Positions 43,271 through 54,505 of a DNA stretch of 64,000 nt are shown one piece after another. Positions within the stretch are counted from its first letter, which is position 1; the number at the start of each line of letters is the position of its first letter. This DNA comes from a candidate division FCPU426 bacterium. Lineage in GTDB: Bacteria > Oederibacteriota > Muellerivitia > Muellerivitales > Muellerivitaceae. A program made the position numbers and the translations under genes. The notes under the pieces are model-generated. The model was not told the origin of the DNA. It was given only the letters and a program-made list of their open reading frames with translations, and made no database searches. The stretch spans positions 1-64,000 of the forward strand of contig CAWKAR010000057.1 of the NCBI GenBank assembly GCA_963847625.1, given 5' to 3'.

Positions 43271-44340
43271 GCGGTCTTCCTTTCATACCATCCCCGGGTC
43301 GCCACGCAAAAGGAACAAATCGAAAGCATGATAGGCACCTCCACCAATACCCCGACCACGGTGGCCAGGGCGGCCCCGCTTCCCGGGCCGTAGAGCGCTA
43401 TGACGGTGGCCACGGCCAGCTCGAAAAAGTTGGAGGCTCCGATCAGGATTCCCGGCGCCGCCACTGGATAAGGCACCCTCAGGAGCTTCATCAAGCCCAG
43501 CGTCACCCCTGCGATGATGTAAACCTGGATCAAAATGGGGATGGCGATCAGGATTACCCCGAGCCAGCGGCTGGTGATATTCTCGGACTGGAAAGCGAAT
43601 ATCAAAACAAGGGTCGCTAACAGCGCCAGGATGGTGATTGGGTGGAACGTTGGCAGGAATTTCTCGTTGAACCATCTCTCGCCCTTTTTCCGGATGAGGG
43701 CCCACCGGCTCACGGCCCCCATCGCCAGGGGGATCAACACGAAAATGAGCACCGAATAAAAAAGGACCGGATAAGGAACTTCCAGGCCCGAGGCGCCCGA
43801 AACCAGGACCCGCACGATGGGCACGAAGGCCACCAGCATGATGAGGTCGTTGACCGATACCTGGACGAGCGTGTAGGCGGCATCCCCACCGGTGATATAG
43901 GACCAAACGAAAACCATGGCCGTGCAGGGGGTGGCTCCCAGGATAATGACCCCCGCCAGGTACTGGTTGGCCGCCTCCGGGCTGATCCAGGGCGCGAACA
44001 GGACCTTGAAGAAAAGCCAGCCGATGAGGGCCATCGTGAAGGGTTTCACGAGCCAATTCACGAACAGGGTCACCCCGAGGCCCTTGGGTTTTTTCCCCAC
44101 ATCCTTGATGGACGCGAAATCGATCTTCAGCATCATGGGGTAGATCATCAGCCAGATGAGGATGGCAATGGGGATGTTGATGTGGCTGCCGGACCCGAAT
44201 TCCATGCCCTGCATTGAAATGATGACTTGCGGGATGAACTTGCCGATCAGGATGCCCAGCCCCATGCAGAGGGCCACCCAGAGGGTCAGGTAACGCTCGA
44301 AGACATTCAATTTGGAGGAAATACTTTGGTGCATTTCCAT
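43267..44340 (-). CDS. acr3: ACR3-family arsenite efflux permease
   Basis: [28 protein letters not shown] and GVLVEVP motifs. Confidence 0.96.
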   Translation of the reverse strand: MEMHQSISSKLNVFERYLTLWVALCMGLGILIGKFIPQVIISMQGMEFGSGSHINIPIAILIWLMIYPMMLKIDFASIKDVGKKPKGLGVTLFVNWLVKPFTMALIGWLFFKVLFAPWISPEAANQYLAGVIILGATPCTAMVFVWSYITGGDAAYTLVQVSVNDLIMLVAFVPIVRVLVSGASGLEVPYPVLFYSVLIFVLIPLAMGAVSRWALIRKKGERWFNEKFLPTFHPITILALLATLVLIFAFQSENITSRWLGVILIAIPILIQVYIIAGVTLGLMKLLRVPYPVAAPGILIGASNFFELAVATVIALYGPGSGAALATVVGVLVEVPIMLSICSFCVATRGWYERKTA

Positions 44341-45192
44341 TTAGGGTTTCTCACCCCAAACCGTCACGCTGAATATCCCCACGCCGGACTTTTCCAAATC
44401 CCGGATTTCATTTTCCTTCAGGTATTTCAACAGGACTTCACGGGGGACTTCCACCCGGCGGTCCTTCAAGACCTTGATGTTCCGGAAACCAGCCTGCCGG
44501 ATGAAACCCAGGTAGTCCTCCCGTTTGACCGCGCCCGCCACGCATCCCACGTAGAGCTCGGCATCCGACCTTAATTTCTCGGGCAAATCGCCGTTCAAGA
44601 CGATGTCCGAGACGTTGAAATGGCCGCCGGGCTTGAGAACCCTGAATATTTCCTGGAAGGCCTTGGCCTTGTCCGGCACCAGGTTGAGCACGCAGTTGCT
44701 GACCACCACGTTCACTTCCCCGCTCCCCACCGGCAACCGCTCGATCTCCCCCAAATAGAAATCCACGTTCTTGAAACCCAGTTTGCGGTTGTTTTCCCTG
44801 GCGCGCTCGATCATCCCGGGGGTCATGTCAACGCCGATCACCCGGCCCTTATCGCCCACTTCCCTGCGGGCCACGAAGGCGTCGTTTCCGGCCCCGCTTC
44901 CCAGGTCCAGGACCGTGTCCCCTTCCCGGATTTGGGCCAGTTGCGTGGGCAATCCGCAGCCCAACCCCAGGTCCGCCTCGGGCTGGTAGCCGGGGAGCTT
45001 CGCATAATCCTCCCCGATGAAACTATAGGAAAACCCTTCCGCTTTCTTTTCCCCGCCGCAGCAGGATGTTTTTTGTTCCTTCGGGCCCTCCATGCCGCAG
45101 CAAGAGGTTTTCACCGCGGATTTGGCGATTTGCCCGTATTTCTCCCTCACGGTTGATTTGATTTTCTCAGCAGCAACTTTTTCTTTTCCCAT
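44341..45192 (-). CDS. arsM: Arsenite S-adenosylmethionine methyltransferase
   Basis: LGLGCGLP, VLDLGSGAGND, SNCVLNL and GCVAGA motifs. Confidence 0.93.
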   Translation of the reverse strand: MGKEKVAAEKIKSTVREKYGQIAKSAVKTSCCGMEGPKEQKTSCCGGEKKAEGFSYSFIGEDYAKLPGYQPEADLGLGCGLPTQLAQIREGDTVLDLGSGAGNDAFVARREVGDKGRVIGVDMTPGMIERARENNRKLGFKNVDFYLGEIERLPVGSGEVNVVVSNCVLNLVPDKAKAFQEIFRVLKPGGHFNVSDIVLNGDLPEKLRSDAELYVGCVAGAVKREDYLGFIRQAGFRNIKVLKDRRVEVPREVLLKYLKENEIRDLEKSGVGIFSVTVWGEKP

Positions 45193-45520
45193 CGTTTTTC
45201 CCTTTCTTTTTAGGCAGTTCACCCAGCAATTTGTGGAACAAGCCGGACAGTTCTTCCAGGGCTTTCGGATTCAGGCAATAGCAGGACTTGGGCCCGTCGA
45301 TCTTTCCCTGGATAAGGCCCGCGTCCAGGAGCACCTTGAGATGCTGGGAGACCGTGGATTGCGCCAGGGGCATGACCTCCACGATCTCGCCGCAAACGCA
45401 TTCCTCGCGCTTGGCCAGGGTCTTCAGGATGGCGATCCGGGCGGGATGGCTCAGCGCCGAGGCGTACCGCGCCAGGTCCCCGTCCCTGGGATGGAATTGA
45501 TCTTCTTTGGAGTAGGCAAT
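45167..45520 (-). CDS. arsR: ArsR/SmtB repressor with an apparent non-canonical ATT start
   Basis: In-frame upstream extension of ORF 45167..45382 reads AYSKEDQF...ALSHPARIAIL...ECVCGEIV. Confidence 0.85.
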   Translation of the reverse strand: MAYSKEDQFHPRDGDLARYASALSHPARIAILKTLAKREECVCGEIVEVMPLAQSTVSQHLKVLLDAGLIQGKIDGPKSCYCLNPKALEELSGLFHKLLGELPKKKGKNDGKRKSCC

Positions 45521-45527
45521 GGTTTCT

Positions 45528-45549
45528 TTTATCGTATATATACGATAAA
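45528..45549. promoter_or_regulatory. Perfect 22-bp palindrome TTTATCGTATATATACGATAAA, putative ArsR operator
   Basis: Immediately upstream of arsR and adjacent to TTGACT on the minus strand. Confidence 0.75.
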
Positions 45550-45635
45550 GTCAAGGGACACCCTGGTAAAAAAACGGGAGACCGGCAGGGTGCCGGGCGG
45601 CCAGCCCATACCGGCAGGCGGCATCCGCCATCCGC

Positions 45636-47276
45636 TTATTGGTTGAGATAACCTTTAAGGATGTCACTTCTGCCGGGATACTTCAATTTCATCAGAGCCC
45701 TGGCCTCGATCTGGCGCACCCGCTCACGGGAGACGTTGAATTCAATGCTTATATCCTCCAGGGTGCGGGGATTGCCGGTGAACAGGCCGAACCTCTGGCG
45801 CAAGATTTCAGCCTCCCTGGCCCCGAGCGTCCCCAGCACCTTGGAGATATTCTCCCTCATGCGCGTGAAAACAGCCGCTTGGTCCGGGCTGACGGCTTCC
45901 GGATCGGCGATAAAATCCCCCAAACGGCTGTCCAGGTTCTTGCCGACCGGCGTATCCAGGGAGACGACCGGCTGGGCGGCCTTGAGGCATTCCCGGACCT
46001 TTTCCACCGGCAATTCCAGGCGCCTGGCGATCTCATCCGCCGTGGGCTCATGCCCCGTCTCCTGCGCCAGTTCCCGTGAAGCCCTGGCGCACCTGTTGAC
46101 TGCATCGTACATGTGCGCCGGGACGCGGATCGTGCGGCCTTGGTCCGAGACGGCCCGGGTAAGGCCCTGGCGGATCCACCAGGTGGCGTAGGTGGAAAAC
46201 TTGAAACCCCGGCGGTAATCGAATTTCTCGACCGCCCTCATGAGGCCGATGTTCCCTTCCTGGATGAGGTCCATCAACGGCAGGCCGCGGTAGGCGTATT
46301 TCTTGGCGATGGAGATGACCAGGCGCAGGTTGGCCCTGACCATCTCCATACGGGCGACGGAAGCTTCGCGCTCGCCTTCCCGGACCTCGCGCATCATCCT
46401 CTTGACCTTGTTCCGGCCGGCCATGGCCTTTCTCTCGAGGCGCTTGATCCCGCGGCGCGCGCCGTCCCAAAGGCCGCAGGCATCCCTAAAGCCCCCGCCT
46501 TTCAGGTGGCTTTTTCCTTCTAAAACTTTGAGGCCTGGTCCGCCGCGCTTAAGCGCGGCGGGGAGTTTAAGGTAGTCCCCGGTGCCGAGCCTTAACCGCC
46601 CCTCCTGCTGGCACATGACGCATTCCACCTCCCCCATTGTTTCCGCGGGACCGTCCAGGCAGTTCAGGAGCCTTTCTTTCACCTTCCTTTGGAGCCGGCA
46701 ATCCTTGACCAGCCAGACCAGGTCCACGAGCCTGTCATCCAACCGCTTGGCCAGGGCTTCGCGTTTCCCGGCCTCAAGGGACTTCAAACCCGCCAGGCGC
46801 CGCAGGGATTTGATTTGGCGCTCCAATCCATTGAGCCTGGTAAGCGCCTTTTTTATCCCAGCCAGGATCTTTTTTTCCGGCGGCCCCTCCGGCAGGTCCT
46901 CATAAGGCTCCAGGTCGATGGTTTCCAGGAGGGTTTTCTTTTTTGCAAGTATGTCCTTAAGCAGTTTTTTTAATTCCCGGAACCCCAGGGCCGAGCCCAG
47001 GACGGTCTTTTCGCGCTTGAATTCGCCGGCTTCAATCCGCTTGGCGATGGCGATTTCCTGCCCCCTGGTCAGGAGCCTGATGCGCCCCATGTCCCGCATG
47101 TATATTTTAAAATTGTCGGTTGAGCTGCCCGATGTTACGGCCTTCCCCATTTTCTTTTCCAGGCCTTCATCCATCGGCTCCCGGTCCACGGTCACGACGC
47201 CGTCCCCGGCGGGGATTAGATACGATTCCGCCGTTTGTAACGGGGTTTTGATTTTGAATAGCGATGCGTTTTGCAC
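45636..47276 (-). CDS. RpoD-like sigma-70 factor, probably a secondary paralog
   Basis: [46 protein letters not shown] and SRERVRQIE motifs; no obvious acidic region 1.1. Confidence 0.9.
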   Translation of the reverse strand: MQNASLFKIKTPLQTAESYLIPAGDGVVTVDREPMDEGLEKKMGKAVTSGSSTDNFKIYMRDMGRIRLLTRGQEIAIAKRIEAGEFKREKTVLGSALGFRELKKLLKDILAKKKTLLETIDLEPYEDLPEGPPEKKILAGIKKALTRLNGLERQIKSLRRLAGLKSLEAGKREALAKRLDDRLVDLVWLVKDCRLQRKVKERLLNCLDGPAETMGEVECVMCQQEGRLRLGTGDYLKLPAALKRGGPGLKVLEGKSHLKGGGFRDACGLWDGARRGIKRLERKAMAGRNKVKRMMREVREGEREASVARMEMVRANLRLVISIAKKYAYRGLPLMDLIQEGNIGLMRAVEKFDYRRGFKFSTYATWWIRQGLTRAVSDQGRTIRVPAHMYDAVNRCARASRELAQETGHEPTADEIARRLELPVEKVRECLKAAQPVVSLDTPVGKNLDSRLGDFIADPEAVSPDQAAVFTRMRENISKVLGTLGAREAEILRQRFGLFTGNPRTLEDISIEFNVSRERVRQIEARALMKLKYPGRSDILKGYLNQ

Positions 47277-47358
47277 GGTTTGCCTCCCCTATGGCAAAAC
47301 ATGAATTCAAATTGTTATTTAATGCCTTGTTTAATGGATAGGTGGTTAAAAGGAATAA

Positions 47359-47374
47359 AGCAAGGCCTGTGCCA
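47359..47374 (-). promoter_or_regulatory. Sigma54 -24/-12 promoter consensus
   Basis: TGGCAC-AGGCC-TTGCT, about 80 bp upstream of the sigma factor gene. Confidence 0.7.
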
Positions 47375-48051
47375 GTTCCGTAAACGCTGGAAAACTCAGG
47401 AAAAGCTTGGAAAGTTTGATGAGTAACTTTTGGGAATGGGTTGGAATTTATGTCGGTGAAGACAATTTCGTAATCACGTTTTGTTAACGCCCATCACTTC
47501 AAATTTTCTCGGATGAAACGGCCCATGCCGCTGGGAAACCCGCCCCATGTCACTGGGAATACCGCCCATGTCGCCGGGAATATCGCCGATGCCGTCGGCG
47601 TTTACCGGGTTTAACGGCTCTGTTTACTGGGTTGCCGAACCCCACTCGGAGGATGCATTACCCCGGGACAGATTTACGGATTTGAATGTTATTTTTTGAT
47701 TTTCCAATCCCGCCAATAATTCCATTTAAGAAAATGTTCCGTACCGAACATATAACGCATTCCAGTTTTCCCCTCCCTCCATAAGTAAAACGGCCATCGG
47801 TTAAATCCATTCTCGAGGCTTTCAATCGGGGATACGTCTTAAATCCAGCCTTCGGAATGACACCCTAAAACCACGGCCAAAATTAACGGGGATTTAACGC
47901 GGATGAAATGTTCCCGGTCACCCCCTTCCGTAATATCCCGCCGAGTTTACTTCGAAGGGGGTTGAAACACTTTTCCGCTTCCAACACCTACCACGTTTAT
48001 GAAAAACCCGCTTCGGGGGGAAAATTTAACTTAAATTTACGGGAGGCAATT

Positions 48052-48696
48052 GTGAAAAGGATTTTAGTCATCTGGGGCATCGCAATCTTGTTTATGGGAG
48101 GACTGCTGTCGCTGGCTTGCAACGCCAACAACAGCGTCACCCACGCGGCCGCCGCGCCGGCGGCAACACCGACACAGTGTTACTACTCCGGCAACAACGA
48201 CGCCGTGACCGCCATCAACATGACGACGGTGATGGCCAACGCCGACGTGGCCGCGTACGGGGTCAGCCTCGCCAAAGCCACGACCATCACACAGTTGAGC
48301 GTTTATTGCTCAGAGGCTTCGTCAGCCTCGCCGATGCCGGGAACCGATATGCTGGAAACGGCATTGTTCTCAGTGAAGAGCGGGGTCGCCACGAGCGTGG
48401 GAAGCTCCGGCAAGGTCCAGGTCTTCAGCGCGCCGGTTACGGCCCAATGGGTCAATATCCCCATGGGAAGCCTCAGCCTGGCCGCCGGCAGTTACGTGAT
48501 CGCGTGCCGTTACACCCAGGACAAAGCGAACCAAACCATCACCACCTTCACCCTCGGGACCAGCTCTGCCGCGACGGGCATCTCCTACTATACCAACGTC
48601 GCCGGGGGAATCACCGGCTCGGACACTTGGTCACTGCCGGCGACGTTGGCTCCTCCGGTCAACTACGAGTTGAACATCAAGACCTGCCCGTTCTAA
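48052..48696 (+). CDS. Putative lipoprotein
   Basis: GGGAGG RBS, GTG start, LSLAC lipobox. Confidence 0.7.
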   Translation: MKRILVIWGIAILFMGGLLSLACNANNSVTHAAAAPAATPTQCYYSGNNDAVTAINMTTVMANADVAAYGVSLAKATTITQLSVYCSEASSASPMPGTDMLETALFSVKSGVATSVGSSGKVQVFSAPVTAQWVNIPMGSLSLAAGSYVIACRYTQDKANQTITTFTLGTSSAATGISYYTNVAGGITGSDTWSLPATLAPPVNYELNIKTCPF

Positions 48697-48809
48697 GGAA
48701 TGGATAGGGAAGCGGGGTTTTCCAACGCCTATCGACGACCACACAGACGAGGGTTGAAAGCCCGCAAAACGGGTTAAGGAAAAAATAAAAATTTTAAGAA
48801 GGAGAGAAT

Positions 48810-50288
48810 ATGAAAAGGTTCTGGATGTTTTTACTCTACCTGGCCGCGGGGATGGCGGTCCTGATCGCCCCCCCATCCGCCCAGGCGGATGAAGCCACGG
48901 ATCAGGATTCGCTGGGAACCCTTCGGGAGGACATGAACTCCGCCTTGGGTACCCACGCCAGCCGCCTTTCCGATATCGAGAAGACGCTGGGCCTGAAGTT
49001 CTTCGGCGACGTCCGCGTCCGTTTCGATTGGAGGACGCAGGTGCAGTCCGATCCCGAGTTGTTGAACACGGCGGGAACGGCCCTCACCTCCGGCGGGCCG
49101 ATCCAAGACATCACGCGGGGACGCTTCCGGGCGCGCCTCGGGGCTATGAAAACCGACGGGGATATCACGGGCGGCCTGCGGATTTCAACCGGCGCCGCCA
49201 CCAACCCCAACAGCGAGAACCAGACGTTCGACGCAGGGTTCGTGGACGCTTCCTTGTTCATAGACCAGGCCTACTTGACCTACATGCCGTCCGCCTTGGA
49301 CAAGTTCGTCAAGATTACGGCTGGAAAGATGCCGAATCCCTTGACCGTGTCCCCGATCACCTGGGACCCGGACATCGTGCCGGAAGGCGTATTGTTGGAA
49401 CTGAACAACGCCAACACAAACACCAAACTGCGCGCCACCTACTTCGACGTGAGCAACCAGAACGGGGGCGGAGCCCAGGCCATCAACACGGTGAACAACA
49501 ATAACGGCGTGACGAACGTCACGCTATACGTGGCGGGTTCCGATACCGACGAGTACATGGCCAATTTCCAACTCGAACAGCTCCTCAAGTTCGACACGGA
49601 CACCTCCAGCACCCTCATGTTGGGATACGAGTACATCCCGAACGTGACCGCCCTGGCCGGCGGCAATGTCATGGCCCCGCCGAACGGCGCCTTGGCGCTG
49701 AACAACGCCCTGGTGGGCGCGGACGGCATGATCTGGGATTTCGGCGGTTCCGTCCCCAACATCCAGATGCTCGAGGGGATGATCAAGATCAACCACGTAG
49801 TCGGTGGGATTCCCTTGGCCTGGACCTTCCACGGCATTGACAACCTGGATTCCTTCTATGTGCCAAAAGGCGAGAACCAGACCCTCAGCAAGATGCCTCT
49901 GAAGGGTCAATACCAAGACGGGACGACCCAAGGCGGGGTCGTTCTTCCGAAATTGTCCAACCAGTTTGGCTTCTATGGCCAACTCAACATCAACGCGGTG
50001 AAGGCCAAGGGCGACTTGGCCGGGTTCGTCGCGGTGGGTTACCTGGAGCCGAACGCCCAACTGGGCTTCCTGACGGACGACGATCCGGGCAACAACAACC
50101 GGGAATACCTCAAGGCGAACATCACTTACGGGCTGGAAAACAACGTTCAGCTAATGGTGACATCGTGGGCCGTTTGCCACGTGTACGACCAGAATTACGT
50201 CTGGTTGGGCGCCCCCAACGACAAGCTGGGCGGTACTTCCATCAACCCGGAATACCTCACCTACGTCGACCTTTTGATGAGCTTCTAA
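48810..50288 (+). CDS. Putative porin upstream of the pst operon
   Basis: Signal peptide; LKFFGDVRVR, RFRARLG, NPNSENQT, IDQAY and WDPDIVPEG; C-terminal F. Confidence 0.7.
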   Translation: MKRFWMFLLYLAAGMAVLIAPPSAQADEATDQDSLGTLREDMNSALGTHASRLSDIEKTLGLKFFGDVRVRFDWRTQVQSDPELLNTAGTALTSGGPIQDITRGRFRARLGAMKTDGDITGGLRISTGAATNPNSENQTFDAGFVDASLFIDQAYLTYMPSALDKFVKITAGKMPNPLTVSPITWDPDIVPEGVLLELNNANTNTKLRATYFDVSNQNGGGAQAINTVNNNNGVTNVTLYVAGSDTDEYMANFQLEQLLKFDTDTSSTLMLGYEYIPNVTALAGGNVMAPPNGALALNNALVGADGMIWDFGGSVPNIQMLEGMIKINHVVGGIPLAWTFHGIDNLDSFYVPKGENQTLSKMPLKGQYQDGTTQGGVVLPKLSNQFGFYGQLNINAVKAKGDLAGFVAVGYLEPNAQLGFLTDDDPGNNNREYLKANITYGLENNVQLMVTSWAVCHVYDQNYVWLGAPNDKLGGTSINPEYLTYVDLLMSF

Positions 50289-50373
50289 CTTTCTCATGGG
50301 GCCGCCCGGCAGTCAGGGAACCGGGCCGGCTCCCCTCTCCCCTCCTGGCCCCCCCAAGGGGGCCCAGGGGGAT

Positions 50374-50400
50374 TTAACGCGAATGTAACAAAGCCGTAAC
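50374..50400 (+). promoter_or_regulatory. Pho-box-like direct repeats
   Basis: TTAAC/GTAAC/GTAAC at exactly 11-bp spacing upstream of pstS. Confidence 0.6.
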
Positions 50401-50449
50401 AGAAACAAGAAGCCAACAGCCTTAAATTCAAGAAAAAGAGGAGCAAGCA

Positions 50450-51471
50450 ATGAATAAATACACAAAGTTTCTGGTTGGGGCGCTCATGGGCGCCACCCTG
50501 ATGGGAGCCGGGGCTGCCGTGGCCGCCTCGCTGAACGGCGCGGGAGCCACCTTCCCCTATCCCATCTATTCCAAGTGGTTTTACGAGTACAACAAGAAGG
50601 CCGGGGTCGAGATCAACTACCAATCCATCGGTTCGGGCGGGGGAATCCAGCAGTTGACCAACGGAACCGTGGATTTCGGCGCCTCCGACGCCCCCATGTC
50701 GGATGAGCAGATGGCCAAGATCAGCGGCGGGGTCCTGCATTTCCCCACCGTGGCCGGCGCGGTCGCCATCGCTTATAACCTCCCGGGAGTGGAAAAACTG
50801 AAACTGAACGCAGAGGTTTTGGAAGGCATTTACAGCGGCGGAATCACCAAGTGGAACGACCCGGCCATCGCTGAGTTGAACTCCGGCGCGAACCTGCCGG
50901 ACACCGTCATCACGGTGGCGCACCGCTCGGACGGCAGCGGAACCAGCAACATCTTCACCAACTACCTCACCAAGGTCAGCACCAAGTGGGCCACCTCCGT
51001 CGGGTTCGGCACCTCGGTGAAATGGCCGGTGGGCGTGGGCGGGAAGGGCAACGAGGGCGTGGCGGGCCTGATCCAGCAGATTCCCGGGACCATCGGGTAC
51101 GTGGAACTGGCCTACGCGGTCAAGAACAAACTGCCCTACGCCTCGATGAAGAACAAGGCCGGAAATTACGTGGTGCCTTCCGTGGAGTCCACCACCGCCG
51201 CGGCCGCAGGCGCCCTGCGCCACATGCCGAAGGATTTCCGCGTGATGATCACCAACGCGGGGGGTGAAAATGCCTATCCCATCTGCGGGTTCACCTGGCT
51301 TTTAATCCCCAAGAACATTTCCAGACGCCGACAACGGCAAGGCCCTGGTGGATTTCCTCAAGTGGTACCTGGCCTCCGGCGAAGGACATGGCGGCGGATT
51401 TGATGTACGCGCCATTGCCTGAGTCGCTTGTCTCAAAAGTAAAGGCCCAAATCGAGCAGGTAAAGTACTAG
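50450..51471 (+). CDS. pstS: Phosphate ABC transporter substrate-binding protein; two +1 indels near the 3' end (about 51319 and 51382)
   Basis: GAGATFP, GSGGG, HRSDGSGT and AYPI motifs. The conserved tail (ALVDFLKW, YAPLP) continues in shifted frames. Confidence 0.93.
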
Positions 51472-51652
51472 CAGGCTGCAAAAAAATAAAAATAGGCCAC
51501 AAAGCAGCCTGCGACCCCAAAGATTCCGCAGGAATCGTGGGGTTTCCACAAATGTCGTCAGCTGAAAAAGACCGTTGTGGGGACTTTTTCAGCAACTTAC
51601 TAATTTCAAAGCGGGGTTGAATTGAACCGAGCAGCGGACATTACGGGGAACG

Positions 51653-51681
51653 GGGGGGCCGTCGAGGCCCCCCCTTTTTTT
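51653..51681 (+). terminator. Hairpin plus T tract between pstS and pstC
   Basis: GGGGGGCC-gtcga-GGCCCCCC followed by TTTTTTT. Confidence 0.6.
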
Positions 51682-51705
51682 AAAAGATTCGGCGAAGTCG
51701 CGTTC

Positions 51706-52602
51706 ATGGACAGCATCTTCCGGAAATTGACCGCTTTTTTCGCCTTCCTCATCCTTTTCCTGGCCGTCATGACGGCCTTCACCCTTTGGCACGCCTCCCT
51801 GCCCGCCATGCACAAGATGGGCTGGCGGTTCCTGACTTCCTCCGATTGGGACCCCGTCAACGGGATTTTCGGAGCGGTCCCTTACGTTTACGGCACACTG
51901 GCTTCATCGTTCATAGCGCTTTTGATCGCCACGCCTTTCGGGCTGGGCATCGCGCTTTTCCTCACCGAACTGGCTCCCATGAAGATGCGGGAGCCCGTGG
52001 CTTTCCTCGTGGAGATCCTGGCCGCCATCCCCAGCGTGGTTTACGGACTTTGGGGCATTTTCCTCCTGGCGCCCTTCATGCGCGTTCACGTGGACCCGTT
52101 CCTGATGAAGTTCCTCGGGGCCCCCTTTTTCAAGGGGCCTTCCACCGGACTGTCCCTCTTCACGGCGGGGGTAATCCTTTCCGTCATGATCCTTCCCACC
52201 ATCACGGCCATCAGCCGCGAGGTGTTCGAGGCCGTGCCCAACAGCTTCCGGGAGTCCGCCAAGGCCCTGGGGGCCACGAGCTGGGAAACCATCCAACTGG
52301 CGGTGCTGAAACCCTCCAAGGTCGGGTTGCTGGGCGCCATTATGCTGGCCCTGGGCCGGGCCCTGGGGGAAACCATGGCGGTCACCATGGTCATCGGCAA
52401 CCGGCCCCAGGTCTCCATGAACCTGCTGGACCCCTCCCACAGCATGGCCAGCGTCATCGCCAACGAGTTTTCCGAGGCGGTGGGGGACATTCATATCGCG
52501 GCCCTGGCAGAAATCGGCCTTTTATTGATGGTCATCACCTTGATTTTAAACATCGTGGCCCACCTGTTGGTATGGTTCACGACGTCGAAATTCCAAAGAT
52601 GA
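51706..52602 (+). CDS. pstC: Phosphate ABC permease
   Basis: AIPSVVYGLWG, RALGETMAV and IANEF motifs; start may be further upstream. Confidence 0.95.
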   Translation: MDSIFRKLTAFFAFLILFLAVMTAFTLWHASLPAMHKMGWRFLTSSDWDPVNGIFGAVPYVYGTLASSFIALLIATPFGLGIALFLTELAPMKMREPVAFLVEILAAIPSVVYGLWGIFLLAPFMRVHVDPFLMKFLGAPFFKGPSTGLSLFTAGVILSVMILPTITAISREVFEAVPNSFRESAKALGATSWETIQLAVLKPSKVGLLGAIMLALGRALGETMAVTMVIGNRPQVSMNLLDPSHSMASVIANEFSEAVGDIHIAALAEIGLLLMVITLILNIVAHLLVWFTTSKFQR

Positions 52603-52635
52603 GGCGGCCGAAGGCCTGAAAAAAGGAAGTAGTCA

Positions 52636-53487
52636 ATGTTTGAGCATCACTTGAAAAGAAAAATAATCGACAAGGCCATGGTGTTCCTCTGTGGTTTCGC
52701 GGCATTCATCGCCATGATTCCGCTGTTGAGCCTGTTAGCTTACGTCCTGATCCAGGGCTTCAAGCGGTTGAATTGGACCTTTCTCACGAGCCTTCCCACC
52801 CCGGTGGGCGTGACGGGCGGGGGAATGGCCAATTCCATCCTGGGCACCTTGACGCTGGTCTTGATCGCCTCCTGTGTGGGCCTGCCCATCGGCATTTTAG
52901 CGGGAGTCTACCTCTCGGAATTCGGCAAGAAGAACAAGTTCGCCTGGATGGTCCGCTTCACGGCGGACGTGCTCTCCGGGGTCCCCTCCATCGTGACGGG
53001 CATCGTGGCCTATGCCCTGATCGTCAGGCCCATGCACAACTTCTCCGCGCTGGCGGGAGGGGTGGCCCTGGGGTTCATGATGATCCCCATCGTCACGCGC
53101 ACGACCGAGGAACTGGTCAAGATGGTGCCCCATTCCATCCGGGAGGCCTCCTGGGCGCTGGGCGTGCCCCAATCCACGACCATCCTGAAAGTGGTGATCC
53201 GAACCGCCAAGAACGGCATCCTGACCGGGGTCCTTCTTTCCATCGCCCGCATCGCGGGGGAGACCGCGCCGCTCCTCTTCACGGCCTTCAACAACCAGTT
53301 CTGGCCCAGGGGAATCAACGAACCCACGGCTTCCCTGACGGTGCAGGTTTTTACCTACGCCATCTCGCCCTTCAAGGATTGGCAGGACCAGGCTTGGACC
53401 GGGGCCCTGGTTCTTTTGTGCCTGGTGCTGGCCATCAACGGGGCCGCGAAGATGTTTTTCAAGAACCCCAGGGAACTTTTGCGGTGA
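52636..53487 (+). CDS. pstA: Phosphate ABC permease
   Basis: GVPSIV and ARIAGETAPLLFT motifs. Confidence 0.95.
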   Translation: MFEHHLKRKIIDKAMVFLCGFAAFIAMIPLLSLLAYVLIQGFKRLNWTFLTSLPTPVGVTGGGMANSILGTLTLVLIASCVGLPIGILAGVYLSEFGKKNKFAWMVRFTADVLSGVPSIVTGIVAYALIVRPMHNFSALAGGVALGFMMIPIVTRTTEELVKMVPHSIREASWALGVPQSTTILKVVIRTAKNGILTGVLLSIARIAGETAPLLFTAFNNQFWPRGINEPTASLTVQVFTYAISPFKDWQDQAWTGALVLLCLVLAINGAAKMFFKNPRELLR

Positions 53488-53586
53488 CCGGTATGGCGGG
53501 CGGTACTGGAAAACCGCTGAATTTATGAAAGCGAATGATCAATAAAAGCGCTGGGTTGAAATCCGGTTTTAAGTGGGGAGAGAATA

Positions 53587-54462
53587 TGCTCGAGGAAATG
53601 ACCAAAAAAGGGGAAGAAAAGAGGACCCAAGTGGAACCCGAAACCGAGAAAAAAGAAGCCCGCAAGATCGAGGTGCCGCACCAGGCCCCTTCCACCTTGG
53701 AATTGAAGGTCAAAATGACCGCGAACGAAGCCAGCGCCTGGTTCGGCGACAAACAGGCCCTTTATTCCGTGGAAATGGATATCCGCGAGAAGGAAGTCAC
53801 CGCCATCATCGGGCCCTCGGGATGCGGCAAGTCCACCTTGATCCGCTGTTTCAACCGCATGCACGAAACCGTCGCGGACTCCCGTTTTTCCGGTGACGTC
53901 ACCCTGGACGGCAGGAGCATTTATGGCAAGTCCATGGACCCGGTGGATGGTCCGCCGCCGCGTGGGGATGGTGTTCCAGAAACCCACGCCCTTTCCCACC
54001 CTTTCCATCTACGACAACGTGGCGGCGGGCCTGCGCTTGAACGGGGTGAGCGACAAGAAGCGCCTGGACGAGGCCATGGAAAAGAGCCTCCGCAAGGCCG
54101 CGCTTTGGGAGGAAGTCAAGGATTCCCTCCAAAAGCCGGGGGCGGCGCTTTCCGGCGGCCAACAGCAAAGGCTTTGCATCGCCCGCGCGCTCGCGGTGGA
54201 TTTGGAGGTTCTTCTCATGGACGAGCCCTGCTCGGCCCTGGACCCCATTTCCACGTCGAAAGTGGAGGAACTCATCCACGAATTGAGGCAGAATTACACC
54301 ATCATCATCGTCACCCACAACATGCAGCAGGCCGCGCGGGTTTCCCAGAAGACCGCCTTCATGCTCAACGGGAAGCTTATCGAGTACGACTCCACCGAGA
54401 AGGTGTTCACCAACCCGGCCAACAAGCTGACGGAAGACTACATCACGGGGCGTTTCGGCTGA
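53587..54462 (+). CDS. pstB: Phosphate ABC ATPase with a +1 indel at about 53945
   Basis: GPSGCGKST lies in one frame; [15 protein letters not shown] and YITGRFG lie in the next. Confidence 0.93.
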
Positions 54463-54505
54463 ACCGCGGAACCGCGCGGAAAACACGGAAACTGAGGAGC
54501 GGGTA

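Noticed and set aside
48735..48775. Hammerhead-like CAGACGAG-stem-AAAC
   Set aside because: It lacks the CUGANGA and GAAA core and the flanking stems.
51473..51600. Possible MITE with IS-like ends after pstS
   Set aside because: The terminal inverted repeats are too degenerate and there is no second copy in the window.
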